This document shows, piece after piece, positions 11,916-25,947 of a DNA stretch of 64,000 nt (position 1 is the stretch's first letter; every line of letters starts with the position of its first letter). Source of the stretch: Escherichia coli (GTDB lineage Bacteria > Pseudomonadota > Gammaproteobacteria > Enterobacterales > Enterobacteriaceae). The notes under the pieces are model-generated. The model saw only the letters and a program-made list of their open reading frames with translations, was not told where the DNA came from and searched no databases. The stretch is from assembly GCF_022846255.1 (NCBI RefSeq), contig NZ_AP025682.1; one strand, given 5' to 3'. The translations under genes were made by a program, and so were the position numbers.

Positions 11916-11974
11916 GCCACCCACCCTTAAACGTTTTTCTGAGTCAATCTATGCAAAGAAAAGTAAATCGCAGT

Positions 11975-12035
11975 GATAGCGATTATCATTACGATGAAGA
12001 AAAATACAAGTGGAATGTAGTGATAATGATGAGAA
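11975..12035 (-). promoter_or_regulatory. Candidate Fur boxes in the efeU promoter
   Basis: The reverse complement of 11975-11993 is CGTAATGATAATCGCTATC. GTGATAATGATGAGAA lies at 12019-12034. Both resemble GATAATGATAATCATTATC. Confidence 0.6.
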
Positions 12036-12052
12036 GATGTAAAAATATTTTG

Positions 12053-12090
12053 AGAAAAAACGCAGAGGGCAATCACTGATTGCCCTCTGC
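12053..12090 (-). terminator. putP Rho-independent terminator
   Basis: Perfect 12-bp stem GCAGAGGGCAAT/ATTGCCCTCTGC, followed on the minus strand by GTTTTTTCTC. Confidence 0.8.
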
Positions 12091-12134
12091 CTGCTTCCTG
12101 TTATGACGTGAAATTTCCGGTAAAACGCCTTCCC

Positions 12135-13643
<1,509 letters not shown>

Positions 13644-14065
13644 CTAAAGTCTCCAAAAAATTATTATCGGCAATGTCGAAACTTGCCGTTATATCTGCCA
13701 CCGGAACGGGGTAACAGAGTTTATGTTTTACCAGGGCGACCGTATCCTGCCGGAAGCGCTGGTTATTCACAATCGATTTAACACACCATTTACATTAAAT
13801 TTTAGTGCTCAGCGACACTATTTTTCATCAGGTTGCACTCTCTCACATTTTTTGCGGTTGCACCTTTCAAAAATGTTAACTGCCGCAGAGAAAAAGTCTG
13901 AGTTATTTTTTTAATCCCTGTCATATCGATTTCTTTTATTAACATTTCATTCATTTTTAAGCTTGCTACGCAGGTCACATTTAACATGGTTGCACAAAGT
14001 TGCAACATCATGGATATTTCACGATAACGTTAAGTTGCACCTTTCAGAACAACAGGAGTAATGGC
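13644..14065. promoter_or_regulatory. put control region with PutA operator hexamers
   Basis: GTTGCA occurs at 13832, 13857, 13989, 13999 (within the palindrome GTTGCAAC) and 14034. This matches the five GTTGCA PutA operators described for this divergent promoter region. Confidence 0.8.
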
Positions 14066-17000
14066 ATGGGAACCACCACCATGGGGGTTAAGCTGGACGA
14101 CGCGACGCGTGAGCGTATTAAGTCTGCCGCGACACGTATCGATCGCACGCCACACTGGTTAATCAAACAGGCGATTTTTTCTTATCTTGAACAACTGGAA
14201 AACAGCGATACTCTGCCGGAGCTACCTGCGCTGCTTTCTGGCGCTGCCAATGAGAGCGATGAAGCACCGACTCCGGCAGAGGAACCACACCAGCCTTTCC
14301 TCGACTTTGCCGAGCAAATTTTGCCCCAGTCGGTTTCCCGCGCCGCGATCACCGCGGCCTATCGCCGCCCGGAAACCGAAGCGGTTTCTATGCTGCTGGA
14401 ACAAGCTCGCCTGCCGCAGCCAGTTGCTGAACAGGCGCACAAACTGGCGTATCAACTGGCCGATAAACTGCGTAATCAAAAAAACGCCAGTGGTCGCGCA
14501 GGTATGGTTCAGGGGTTATTGCAGGAGTTTTCGTTGTCATCGCAGGAAGGCGTGGCGCTGATGTGTCTGGCGGAAGCGTTGTTGCGTATTCCCGACAAAG
14601 CCACCCGTGACGCGTTAATTCGCGACAAAATCAGTAACGGTAACTGGCAGTCACACATTGGTCGTAGCCCGTCCCTGTTTGTTAATGCCGCTACCTGGGG
14701 GCTGCTGTTTACCGGCAAACTGGTTTCCACCCATAACGAAGCCAGCCTCTCCCGCTCGCTGAACCGCATTATCGGTAAGAGCGGTGAACCGCTGATCCGC
14801 AAAGGTGTGGATATGGCGATGCGCCTGATGGGCGAGCAGTTCGTCACGGGCGAAACCATCGCGGAAGCGTTAGCCAATGCCCGCAAACTGGAAGAGAAAG
14901 GTTTCCGTTACTCTTACGATATGCTGGGCGAAGCCGCACTGACTGCCGCAGATGCACAAGCGTATATGGTTTCCTATCAGCAGGCGATTCACGCCATTGG
15001 TAAAGCGTCTAACGGTCGTGGCATCTATGAAGGTCCGGGCATTTCAATCAAGCTGTCGGCGCTACATCCGCGTTATAGCCGCGCCCAGTATGACCGGGTA
15101 ATGGAAGAGCTTTACCCGCGTCTGAAATCACTCACCCTGCTGGCGCGTCAGTACGATATTGGTATTAACATCGATGCCGAAGAGGCCGATCGTCTGGAGA
15201 TCTCCCTCGATCTGCTGGAAAAACTCTGTTTCGAGCCGGAACTGGCAGGCTGGAACGGCATCGGTTTTGTTATTCAGGCTTATCAAAAACGCTGCCCACT
15301 GGTGATTGATTACCTGATTGATCTCGCCACCCGCAGCCGTCGCCGTCTGATGATTCGCCTGGTGAAAGGCGCGTACTGGGATAGTGAAATCAAGCGCGCA
15401 CAGATGGACGGCCTTGAAGGTTATCCGGTTTATACCCGCAAGGTGTATACCGACGTTTCTTATCTTGCCTGTGCGAAAAAACTGCTGGCGGTGCCAAATC
15501 TAATCTACCCGCAGTTCGCGACGCACAACGCCCATACGCTGGCGGCAATTTATCAACTGGCGGGTCAAAACTACTACCCGGGTCAGTACGAGTTCCAGTG
15601 CCTGCATGGTATGGGCGAGCCACTGTATGAGCAGGTCACCGGGAAAGTTGCCGACGGCAAACTTAACCGTCCGTGTCGTATTTATGCTCCGGTCGGTACA
15701 CATGAAACGCTGCTGGCATATCTGGTGCGCCGCCTGCTGGAAAACGGTGCTAACACCTCGTTTGTTAACCGTATTGCCGACACCTCTTTGCCACTGGATG
15801 AACTGGTCGCCGATCCAGTCACTGCTGTAGAAAAACTGGCGCAACAGGAAGGGCAAACTGGATTACCGCATCCGAAAATTCCCCTGCCGCGCGATCTTTA
15901 CGGTCACGGGCGCGACAACTCGGCAGGGCTGGATCTCGCTAACGAACACCGTCTGTCCTCGCTCTCTTCAGCCCTGCTCAATAGTGCACTGCAAAAATGG
16001 CAGTCCTTGCCAATGCTGGAACAATCGGTCGCGGCTGGTGAGATGTCGCCCGTTATTAACCCTGCGGAACCGAAAGATATTGTGGGCTATGTGCGTGAAG
16101 CCACGCCGCGTGAAGTAGAACAGGCGCTGGAAAGTGCGGTTAATAACGCGCCAATCTGGTTTGCCACTCCTCCGGCTGAACGCGCGGCGATTTTGCATCG
16201 CGCTGCCGTGCTAATGGAAAGCCAGATGCAGCAACTGATTGGTATTCTGGTGCGTGAAGCCGGAAAAACCTTCAGTAACGCCATTGCCGAAGTGCGCGAA
16301 GCGGTCGATTTTCTCCACTACTATGCCGGACAGGTGCGGGATGATTTCGCTAACGAAACCCACCGTCCATTAGGGCCTGTGGTATGTATCAGTCCGTGGA
16401 ACTTCCCGCTGGCTATTTTCACCGGACAGATCGCTGCCGCACTGGCGGCAGGTAACAGCGTGCTGGCAAAACCGGCAGAACAAACGCCGCTGATTGCCGC
16501 GCAAGGGATCGCCATTTTGCTGGAAGCGGGTGTACCGCCAGGCGTGGTGCAATTGCTGCCAGGTCGGGGTGAAACCGTGGGCGCGCAACTGACGGGTGAT
16601 GATCGCGTGCGCGGGGTGATGTTTACCGGTTCAACCGAAGTCGCTACGTTACTGCAGCGCAATATCGCCAGCCGCCTGGACGCTCAGGGTCGCCCTATTC
16701 CGCTCATCGCTGAAACCGGCGGCATGAACGCGATGATTGTCGATTCTTCAGCACTGACCGAACAAGTCGTAATAGATGTGCTGGCCTCGGCGTTCGACAG
16801 TGCAGGTCAGCGTTGTTCGGCACTGCGCGTGCTGTGCCTGCAAGATGAGATTGCCGACCACACGCTGAAAATGCTGCGCGGCGCAATGGCCGAATGCCGG
16901 ATGGGTAATCCGGGTCGCCTGACCACCGATATCGGTCCGGTGATTGATAGCGAAGCGAAAGCCAATATCGAGCGTCATATTCAGACCATGCGTAGTAAAG

Positions 17001-18028
17001 GCCGTCAGGTGTTCCAGGCGGTGCGGGAAAACAGCGAAGATGCCCGTGAATGGCAAAGCGGCACCTTTGTCGCTCCGACGCTGATCGAACTGGATGACTT
17101 TGCCGAATTACAAAAAGAGGTCTTTGGTCCGGTGTTGCATGTGGTGCGTTACAACCGTAACCAGCTGCCGGCGCTGATCGAGCAGATTAACGCTTCCGGT
17201 TATGGTCTGACGCTTGGCGTCCATACGCGCATTGATGAAACCATCGCCCAGGTCACTGGCTCGGCGCATGTCGGTAATCTGTACGTTAACCGTAATATGG
17301 TGGGCGCGGTGGTTGGGGTGCAACCGTTCGGCGGCGAAGGGTTGTCCGGTACCGGGCCGAAAGCAGGCGGTCCGCTCTATCTCTACCGTCTGCTGGCGAA
17401 TCGCCCGGAAAGTGCGCTGGCGGTGACGCTCGCGCGTCAGGATGCGGAGTATCCGGTCGATGCGCAGTTGAAAGCCGCATTGACTCAGCCGCTAAATGCA
17501 CTGCGGGAATGGGCGGCAAACCGTCCAGAATTGCAGGCGTTATGTACGCAATATGGCGAGTTGGCGCAGGCAGGAACACAACGATTGTTGCCAGGGCCGA
17601 CGGGTGAACGCAACACCTGGACGCTGCTGCCGCGTGAGCGCGTGTTGTGTATTGCGGATGATGAACAGGATGCGCTGACTCAGCTCGCCGCCGTGCTGGC
17701 GGTGGGTAGCCAGGTGCTGTGGCCGGATGATGCGCTGCATCGTCAGTTAGTGAAGGCATTGCCATCGGCAGTCAGCGAACGTATTCAACTGGCGAAAGCG
17801 GAAAATATAACCGCTCAACCGTTTGATGCGGTGATCTTCCACGGTGATTCGGATCAGCTTCGCGCATTGTGTGAAGCCGTTGCCGCGCGGGATGGTGCAA
17901 TTGTTTCGGTGCAGGGTTTTGCCCGTGGCGAAAGCAATATCCTTCTGGAACGGCTGTATATCGAGCGTTCGCTGAGTGTGAATACCGCTGCTGCTGGCGG
18001 TAACGCCAGTTTAATGACGATCGGTTAA
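14066..18028 (+). CDS. putA: PutA, a bifunctional proline dehydrogenase/P5C dehydrogenase that also acts as a repressor
   Basis: Starting at MGTTTMGVKLDDATRERIK gives 1320 aa. The track's start at 14000 lies inside the operators and is rejected. Confidence 0.97.
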   Translation: MGTTTMGVKLDDATRERIKSAATRIDRTPHWLIKQAIFSYLEQLENSDTLPELPALLSGAANESDEAPTPAEEPHQPFLDFAEQILPQSVSRAAITAAYRRPETEAVSMLLEQARLPQPVAEQAHKLAYQLADKLRNQKNASGRAGMVQGLLQEFSLSSQEGVALMCLAEALLRIPDKATRDALIRDKISNGNWQSHIGRSPSLFVNAATWGLLFTGKLVSTHNEASLSRSLNRIIGKSGEPLIRKGVDMAMRLMGEQFVTGETIAEALANARKLEEKGFRYSYDMLGEAALTAADAQAYMVSYQQAIHAIGKASNGRGIYEGPGISIKLSALHPRYSRAQYDRVMEELYPRLKSLTLLARQYDIGINIDAEEADRLEISLDLLEKLCFEPELAGWNGIGFVIQAYQKRCPLVIDYLIDLATRSRRRLMIRLVKGAYWDSEIKRAQMDGLEGYPVYTRKVYTDVSYLACAKKLLAVPNLIYPQFATHNAHTLAAIYQLAGQNYYPGQYEFQCLHGMGEPLYEQVTGKVADGKLNRPCRIYAPVGTHETLLAYLVRRLLENGANTSFVNRIADTSLPLDELVADPVTAVEKLAQQEGQTGLPHPKIPLPRDLYGHGRDNSAGLDLANEHRLSSLSSALLNSALQKWQSLPMLEQSVAAGEMSPVINPAEPKDIVGYVREATPREVEQALESAVNNAPIWFATPPAERAAILHRAAVLMESQMQQLIGILVREAGKTFSNAIAEVREAVDFLHYYAGQVRDDFANETHRPLGPVVCISPWNFPLAIFTGQIAAALAAGNSVLAKPAEQTPLIAAQGIAILLEAGVPPGVVQLLPGRGETVGAQLTGDDRVRGVMFTGSTEVATLLQRNIASRLDAQGRPIPLIAETGGMNAMIVDSSALTEQVVIDVLASAFDSAGQRCSALRVLCLQDEIADHTLKMLRGAMAECRMGNPGRLTTDIGPVIDSEAKANIERHIQTMRSKGRQVFQAVRENSEDAREWQSGTFVAPTLIELDDFAELQKEVFGPVLHVVRYNRNQLPALIEQINASGYGLTLGVHTRIDETIAQVTGSAHVGNLYVNRNMVGAVVGVQPFGGEGLSGTGPKAGGPLYLYRLLANRPESALAVTLARQDAEYPVDAQLKAALTQPLNALREWAANRPELQALCTQYGELAQAGTQRLLPGPTGERNTWTLLPRERVLCIADDEQDALTQLAAVLAVGSQVLWPDDALHRQLVKALPSAVSERIQLAKAENITAQPFDAVIFHGDSDQLRALCEAVAARDGAIVSVQGFARGESNILLERLYIERSLSVNTAAAGGNASLMTIG

Positions 18029-18035
18029 ACAGGTA

Positions 18036-18063
18036 GCCGGAGGATGTTACAACCTCCTCCGGC
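18036..18063. terminator. Hairpin between convergent putA and rutR
   Basis: GCCGGAGG...CCTCCGGC stem with a 12-nt loop. The flanking U-tracts are weak. Confidence 0.4.
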
Positions 18064-18067
18064 ATCT

Positions 18068-18706
18068 TTAACGTGGTCGAATCCCCTCAATAATAATCCG
18101 CTGCACGTTTTCAACCGTTTGATTGAAAAACACCTCATCGCGCAACGTCGCGCCTGTCACCGCCTCCACCTGAGGGGCAAAATCGGCGTAATGTTGAGTG
18201 GAAGCCCAAATCATAAAAATCAAATGCTGCGGGTCAATCGGCGCGAGTTTGCCGCTTTTAACCCAACCGGCAATGAGCGCCGATTTCTCATCAATTAATG
18301 CCTTCAAATCGCCCGTCAGTTCATCCATTAACAGCGGTGCACCTGCCAGCATCTCCATACAGAACAGGCGCGAAGCCTGCGGATAATCGCGGGAAACTTC
18401 CAGCTTCAGACGGATGTATTCTTTGATCGCCGCCAGCGGGGCGAAATCTTCTCGAAACGCTTTTAACGGTGCCAGCCAGATATCGAGAATCTGCCGCAGT
18501 ACGGCTATATACAGCGCCTCTTTTGACGGAAAGTAATACAGCAGATTGGTTTTTGAAACACCCGCCAACTCCGCGATCTGCTCCAGCCTTGTGCCGTGAA
18601 AACCGAATTGTGAAAAAGTGTCCAGTGCTGCGCTAAGAATCGCTTTTTTCTTCGCGCTTACTGCGCGCGAACGCTTACCCGTTGTTTTCACTGCGCCTTG
18701 CGTCAT
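18068..18706 (-). CDS. rutR: RutR TetR-family repressor
   Basis: 212 aa from MTQGAVKTTGKRSRAV, with an N-terminal TetR HTH. Confidence 0.95.
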   Translation of the reverse strand: MTQGAVKTTGKRSRAVSAKKKAILSAALDTFSQFGFHGTRLEQIAELAGVSKTNLLYYFPSKEALYIAVLRQILDIWLAPLKAFREDFAPLAAIKEYIRLKLEVSRDYPQASRLFCMEMLAGAPLLMDELTGDLKALIDEKSALIAGWVKSGKLAPIDPQHLIFMIWASTQHYADFAPQVEAVTGATLRDEVFFNQTVENVQRIIIEGIRPR

Positions 18707-18812
18707 GCGCTCTCCCCTCTTGTTGATTGGCAACAGGATAGCAAAACCCCCGCCCGGCCTCGACCTTCTGCACTCTCATCGCGCACGAATGCATGTTTTA
18801 TGTGCAACTGTT

Positions 18813-18828
18813 TTGACCGTTTAGTCCA
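18813..18828. promoter_or_regulatory. Candidate RutR box
   Basis: TTGACCGTTTAGTCCA resembles the RutR consensus TTGACCAnnTGGTCAA. It is located between rutR and rutA. Confidence 0.55.
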
Positions 18829-18892
18829 CTTTTTTTCAGGCATTTTAGACAACTTAACATTAACACATTAATAACATTCACTTTTTAAAAAC

Positions 18893-18908
18893 TGGCATCC
18901 GCTTTGCA
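18893..18908 (+). promoter_or_regulatory. sigma54 (-24/-12) promoter of rutA-G
   Basis: TGGCATCCGCTTTGCA matches TGGCAC-N5-TTGCA. The rut operon is NtrC/sigma54-dependent. Confidence 0.8.
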
Positions 18909-18993
18909 AACAAGCCATTACGCGGCTGAAAAGGATATGCAGGATGCAGCGCCCCGTCTGACTTTCACTTTACGAGACGAAGAGAGGTTGATG

Positions 18994-20777
<1,784 letters not shown>

Positions 20778-20788
20778 GGAGTTTAACG

Positions 20789-21175
20789 ATGCCAAAATCC
20801 GTAATTATTCCTGCTGGCAGCAGCACACCGCTGGCCCCCTTCGTTCCCGGCACGCTGGCTGATGGCGTGGTGTATGTCTCCGGTACGCTGGCTTTTGATC
20901 AACATAACAACGTGCTGTTTGCCGATGACCCAAAGGCGCAAACCCGCCACGTTCTGGAAACCATCCGCAAGGTCATCGAGACGGCGGGTGGCACGATGGC
21001 GGATGTGACCTTCAACAGCATCTTTATTACCGACTGGAAAAATTACGCCGCGATTAACGAAATCTACGCCGAGTTTTTCCCGGGTGACAAACCGGCGCGA
21101 TTCTGCATTCAGTGCGGACTGGTAAAACCTGACGCGCTGGTGGAAATCGCCACAATTGCGCATATCGCCAAGTGA
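20789..21175 (+). CDS. rutC: RutC (RidA/YjgF family)
   Basis: 128-aa ORF in rut operon order. Confidence 0.95.
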   Translation: MPKSVIIPAGSSTPLAPFVPGTLADGVVYVSGTLAFDQHNNVLFADDPKAQTRHVLETIRKVIETAGGTMADVTFNSIFITDWKNYAAINEIYAEFFPGDKPARFCIQCGLVKPDALVEIATIAHIAK

Positions 21176-21182
21176 GGCCGCG

Positions 21183-21983
21183 ATGAAACTTTCACTCTCA
21201 CCTCCCCCTTATGCTGATGCGCCCGTAGTGGTGTTGATTTCGGGTCTTGGCGGTAGCGGCAGTTACTGGTTACCGCAACTGGCGGTGCTGGATCAGGAGT
21301 ATCAGGTAGTCTGTTACGACCAGCGCGGCACCGGCAATAATCCCGACACGCTGGCAGAAGATTACAGTATCGCCCAGATGGCAGCGGAACTGCATCAGGC
21401 GCTGGTAGCCGCAGGGATTGAGCGTTACGCGGTGATCGGCCATGCGCTCGGTGCGCTGGTGGGAATGCAGCTGGCGCTGGATTATCCCGCGTCGGTAACT
21501 GTGCTGGTCAGCGTTAACGGCTGGCTACGAATAAACGCCCATACGCGCCGCTGTTTTCAGGTTCGCGAACAGTTACTACATAGCGGCGGCGCGCAGGCAT
21601 GGGTGGAAGCGCAGCCGTTGTTCCTCTATCCCGCCGACTGGATGGCGGCCCGCGCACCTCGCCTTGAGGCAGAAGACGCGCTGGCACTGGCGCATTTTCA
21701 GGGCAAAAATAATTTACTGCGTCGACTTAACGCCCTCAAACGCGCTGACTTTAGTCGCCATGCGGATCGTATCCGCTGCCCGGTGCAAATCATCTGCGCC
21801 AGTGATGATCTGCTGGTGCCATCAGCATGTTCCAGTGAACTTCATGCCGCTCTGCCCGATAGCCAGAAAATGGTGATGCGCTATGGCGGACACGCCTGCA
21901 ACGTGACCGATCCCGAAACGTTTAATGCTCTGTTACTCAACGGGCTTGCCAGCCTGTTACATCACCGTGAAGCCGCCCTGTAA
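21183..21983 (+). CDS. rutD: RutD alpha/beta hydrolase
   Basis: 266 aa from [26 protein letters not shown]. Confidence 0.93.
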   Translation: MKLSLSPPPYADAPVVVLISGLGGSGSYWLPQLAVLDQEYQVVCYDQRGTGNNPDTLAEDYSIAQMAAELHQALVAAGIERYAVIGHALGALVGMQLALDYPASVTVLVSVNGWLRINAHTRRCFQVREQLLHSGGAQAWVEAQPLFLYPADWMAARAPRLEAEDALALAHFQGKNNLLRRLNALKRADFSRHADRIRCPVQIICASDDLLVPSACSSELHAALPDSQKMVMRYGGHACNVTDPETFNALLLNGLASLLHHREAAL

Positions 21984-21992
21984 GGAATTGCT

Positions 21993-22583
21993 ATGAACGA
22001 AGCCGTTAGCCCAGGTGCGCTTAGCACCCTGTTCACCGATGCCCGCACTCACAACGGCTGGCGGGAGCCCCCCGTCAGCGATGAGACGTTACGGGAGATT
22101 TATGCCCAGATGAAATGGGGGCCGACATCAGCTAACTGTTCTCCGGCACGGATCGTGTTTATCCGCACTGCAGAAGGAAAAGAACGTCTGCGCCCGGCGC
22201 TTTCCAGCGGCAATCTGCAAAAAACCCTGACCGCGCCCGTCACCGCTATCGTCGCCTGGGACAGTGAATTTTATGAACGGTTACCACAGCTGTTTCCTCA
22301 CGGCGATGCCCGCAGTTGGTTTACCTCCAGCCCACAACTTGCCGAAGAAACAGCGTTTCGCAACAGTTCCATGCAGGCGGCTTATCTGATCGTCGCCTGC
22401 CGCTCGCTGGGGCTGGATACCGGCCCGATGTCGGGCTTTGACCGTCAACACGTGGACGACGCCTTTTTTACGGGCAGCACGCTGAAGAGCAATCTGCTGA
22501 TTAATATCGGCTATGGCGATAGCAGCAAGCTTTATGCGCGCCTGCCACGTCTGTCCTTTGAAGAAGCCTGCGGGCTGTTGTAA
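21993..22583 (+). CDS. rutE: RutE nitroreductase-family malonic semialdehyde reductase
   Basis: 196-aa ORF in rut operon order. Confidence 0.95.
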   Translation: MNEAVSPGALSTLFTDARTHNGWREPPVSDETLREIYAQMKWGPTSANCSPARIVFIRTAEGKERLRPALSSGNLQKTLTAPVTAIVAWDSEFYERLPQLFPHGDARSWFTSSPQLAEETAFRNSSMQAAYLIVACRSLGLDTGPMSGFDRQHVDDAFFTGSTLKSNLLINIGYGDSSKLYARLPRLSFEEACGLL

Positions 22584-22593
22584 GGAGCAAACT

Positions 22594-23088
22594 ATGAACA
22601 TTGTCGATCAACAAACTTTTCGCGATGCGATGTCCTGCATGGGCGCGGCGGTCAATATCATCACCACGGACGGTCCAGCCGGGCGCGCCGGGTTCACCGC
22701 CAGCGCCGTCTGCAGCGTGACCGATACGCCGCCCACATTACTGGTGTGCCTGAATCGTGGGGCGTCCGTCTGGCCGGTATTCAATGAAAATCGAACGCTG
22801 TGTGTAAATACACTTAGCGCCGGGCAGGAGCCGCTTTCAAACCTTTTTGGCGGCAAAACGCCCATGGAACACCGCTTTGCCGCCGCCCGCTGGCAGACGG
22901 GTGTGACCGGATGCCCGCAACTGGAAGAAGCACTGGTTTCGTTTGACTGCCGTATCAGCCAGGTGGTGAGCGTCGGCACCCACGACATTTTGTTTTGCGC
23001 CATCGAAGCGATTCATCGTCACGCCACCCCCTACGGGCTGGTGTGGTTTGATCGCAGTTATCACGCGCTGATGCGCCCTGCTTGTTAA
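22594..23088 (+). CDS. rutF: RutF flavin reductase
   Basis: 164 aa from [25 protein letters not shown]. Confidence 0.93.
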
Positions 23089-23108
23089 CCTCCTTAAGGA
23101 GACAGCTG

Positions 23109-24437
23109 ATGGCAATGTTCGGTTTTCCTCACTGGCAGTTAAAATCGACCTCTACAGAGAGCGGCGTGGTCGCGCCGGATGAACGATTGCCGTTTGCTCA
23201 AACGGCAGTAATGGGCGTTCAACACGCGGTGGCGATGTTTGGCGCGACGGTGTTAATGCCGATTCTGATGGGGCTGGATCCCAATCTTTCCATTTTAATG
23301 TCGGGGATCGGCACGTTACTGTTTTTCTTTATTACCGGCGGGCGCGTGCCCAGTTATCTCGGTTCCAGCGCGGCTTTTGTCGGCGTGGTGATTGCCGCGA
23401 CGGGCTTTAATGGTCAGGGAATTAATCCGAATATCGGCATCGCGCTGGGCGGGATTATCGCCTGTGGGCTGGTTTATACCGTCATTGGCCTGGTGGTGAT
23501 GAAAATCGGTACGCGCTGGATTGAACGACTAATGCCGCCGGTTGTGACGGGTGCGGTAGTGATGGCGATTGGCCTGAACTTAGCGCCTATCGCAGTGAAA
23601 AATGTATCGGCTTCGGCCTTTGATAGCTGGATGGCGGTAATGACGGTGCTGTGTATTGGGCTGGTGGCCGTATTTACCCGTGGCATGATCCAGCGATTAT
23701 TGATTCTCGTAGGATTAATTGTTGCCTGTCTGCTGTATGGCGTGATGACCAACGTTTTAGGGCTGGGAAAAGCCGTCGATTTTACTCTCGTCAGCCATGC
23801 TGCCTGGTTCGGTCTGCCACATTTTTCCACTCCTGCTTTTAATGGTCAGGCAATGATGCTGATTGCGCCCGTGGCGGTGATTCTGGTGGCGGAAAACTTA
23901 GGTCATCTCAAGGCGGTCGCCGGGATGACCGGACGCAATATGGACCCGTATATGGGGCGGGCATTCGTAGGCGATGGGCTGGCGACGATGCTTTCTGGCT
24001 CTGTCGGCGGTAGCGGCGTAACCACCTACGCCGAGAATATCGGTGTGATGGCCGTGACAAAAGTCTACTCGACGCTGGTGTTTGTTGCCGCTGCCGTCAT
24101 CGCCATGCTGTTGGGCTTTTCGCCGAAATTTGGCGCGCTGATCCATACTATTCCGGCTGCGGTGATTGGTGGTGCATCAATTGTTGTGTTCGGGCTGATT
24201 GCCGTCGCAGGCGCACGGATCTGGGTACAAAACAGTGTGGATTTAAGCCAGAACGGTAATTTGATTATGGTCGCAGTAACCTTAGTGCTGGGTGCGGGTG
24301 ATTTTGCTCTCACACTGGGCGGTTTTACGTTGGGAGGGATCGGTACAGCCACCTTTGGCGCGATTTTACTCAATGCGTTGTTAAGCAGAAGGTTGGTTGA
24401 CGTTCCACCGCCAGAAGTTGTTCATCAGGAGCCATAA
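23109..24437 (+). CDS. rutG: RutG pyrimidine permease (NCS2 family)
   Basis: 442 aa from MAMFGFPHWQLK, polytopic. Confidence 0.94.
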   Translation: MAMFGFPHWQLKSTSTESGVVAPDERLPFAQTAVMGVQHAVAMFGATVLMPILMGLDPNLSILMSGIGTLLFFFITGGRVPSYLGSSAAFVGVVIAATGFNGQGINPNIGIALGGIIACGLVYTVIGLVVMKIGTRWIERLMPPVVTGAVVMAIGLNLAPIAVKNVSASAFDSWMAVMTVLCIGLVAVFTRGMIQRLLILVGLIVACLLYGVMTNVLGLGKAVDFTLVSHAAWFGLPHFSTPAFNGQAMMLIAPVAVILVAENLGHLKAVAGMTGRNMDPYMGRAFVGDGLATMLSGSVGGSGVTTYAENIGVMAVTKVYSTLVFVAAAVIAMLLGFSPKFGALIHTIPAAVIGGASIVVFGLIAVAGARIWVQNSVDLSQNGNLIMVAVTLVLGAGDFALTLGGFTLGGIGTATFGAILLNALLSRRLVDVPPPEVVHQEP

Positions 24438-24519
24438 ACAGAAAACCGCCGGGGTAACCGGCGGTGATGGCGTTTTGACGAGCTACAGACAAAAATGCAT
24501 GCGTCATTGATTAGCCCGG

Positions 24520-24693
24520 CTAGTTGTCGCTTTTACCGTGACTGCTCTTGCCACCTTTTTTACCTGCTTCAGATGCGCGCTGCGGGTCATTTTTGAAATT
24601 ACCCCCGCTGTGCTGTCCACCTTTTTTACCTGCTTCTGATGCTCTTTCGCGGTCTTCTGCAAAATTGCCGGAACCGCCTCGATGGTTTGCCAT
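24520..24693 (-). CDS. ymdF: YmdF (KGG-repeat stress-induced protein family)
   Basis: 57 aa from MANHRGGSGNFAEDRERASEAGKKGG, with a repeated ASEAGKKGG motif. Confidence 0.85.
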   Translation of the reverse strand: MANHRGGSGNFAEDRERASEAGKKGGQHSGGNFKNDPQRASEAGKKGGKSSHGKSDN

Positions 24694-25047
24694 TACTGAC
24701 CTCCGTCTGGGTATAGACATCATATTGCATAGAATTAACGCGGCGTATGGCGGCTGCCATATTTTCGCTACGTGGGACTAAGCTTAGTGAACTGACGCGG
24801 GCAGACCCGCGTTTGGTAATATCCTGCAACAGCTTCTTAGCGAGAATAGATATCATCTCCAATAATTATCCATAAGCCGCTCTTATGATTAAAAAAACGC
24901 GATGAGATAAAAATGTGTCATTTTGCGACAAAATTACGTGCTTGTGAAAGTTGTTATAAATCAAATAAGTGGTTGTGAAATTTGCACTCTGAAAAGGACG
25001 TCTTATCTTTAAATAAGTGGTAGCGAATCGCTACGGAATAGAGATAA

Positions 25048-25662
<615 letters not shown>

Positions 25663-25682
25663 TCTTCAACAGGAGGATACGC

Positions 25683-25910
25683 ATGCCAACTCAAGAAGCG
25701 AAAGCTCATCACGTCGGTGAATGGGCATCTCTGCGCAATACGTCGCCGGAAATAGCCGAGGCCATTTTCGAAGTCGCCGGGTACGACGAAAAAATGGCGG
25801 AAAAGATTTGGGAAGAAGGTAGCGATGAAGTGTTAGTCAAAGCCTTTGCTAAGACCGATAAAGATTCGCTTTTTTGGGGCGAACAGACCATCGAACGTAA
25901 AAACGTTTAA
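25683..25910 (+). CDS. yccJ: YccJ
   Basis: 75-aa ORF ([19 protein letters not shown]...) immediately after wrbA. Confidence 0.93.
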
Positions 25911-25916
25911 CCAGCG

Positions 25917-25946
25917 ACTCCCCCGCTTCACGCGGGGGAGTTTTCT
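25917..25946 (+). terminator. wrbA-yccJ terminator
   Basis: ACTCCCCCGC-ttcac-GCGGGGGAGT followed by TTTTCT. Confidence 0.8.
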
Positions 25947-25947
25947 G

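Noticed and set aside
13723-14011. 63-aa (+) and 69-aa (-) ORFs in the putP-putA intergenic region
   Set aside because: They lie in the well-characterised put control region, which is full of operator sites, and they are AT-rich with no RBS.
14000-14065. N-terminal 22-aa extension of putA in the ORF track
   Set aside because: The extension starts inside the PutA operator cluster (GTTGCAAC at 13999-14006). Starting at MGTTTMGV gives the known 1320-aa protein.
17286-17765. 159-aa minus-strand ORF, and many other 60-140-aa ORFs antisense to putA, torA, efeO, putP, H, B and C
   Set aside because: All are nested in or antisense to well-identified genes, have Pro/Arg/His-rich compositions and lack start contexts. 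They were treated as six-frame noise.
18904-18993. N-terminal 30-aa extension of rutA in the ORF track
   Set aside because: This non-ATG start falls inside the sigma54 -12 element (TTGCA, 18904-18908), so it would lie upstream of the transcription start.
24626-24862. 78-aa minus-strand ORF between ymdF and wrbA
   Set aside because: It overlaps the ymdF 5' end in another frame. It resembles no family and no gene is annotated at this position in K-12 to my knowledge.
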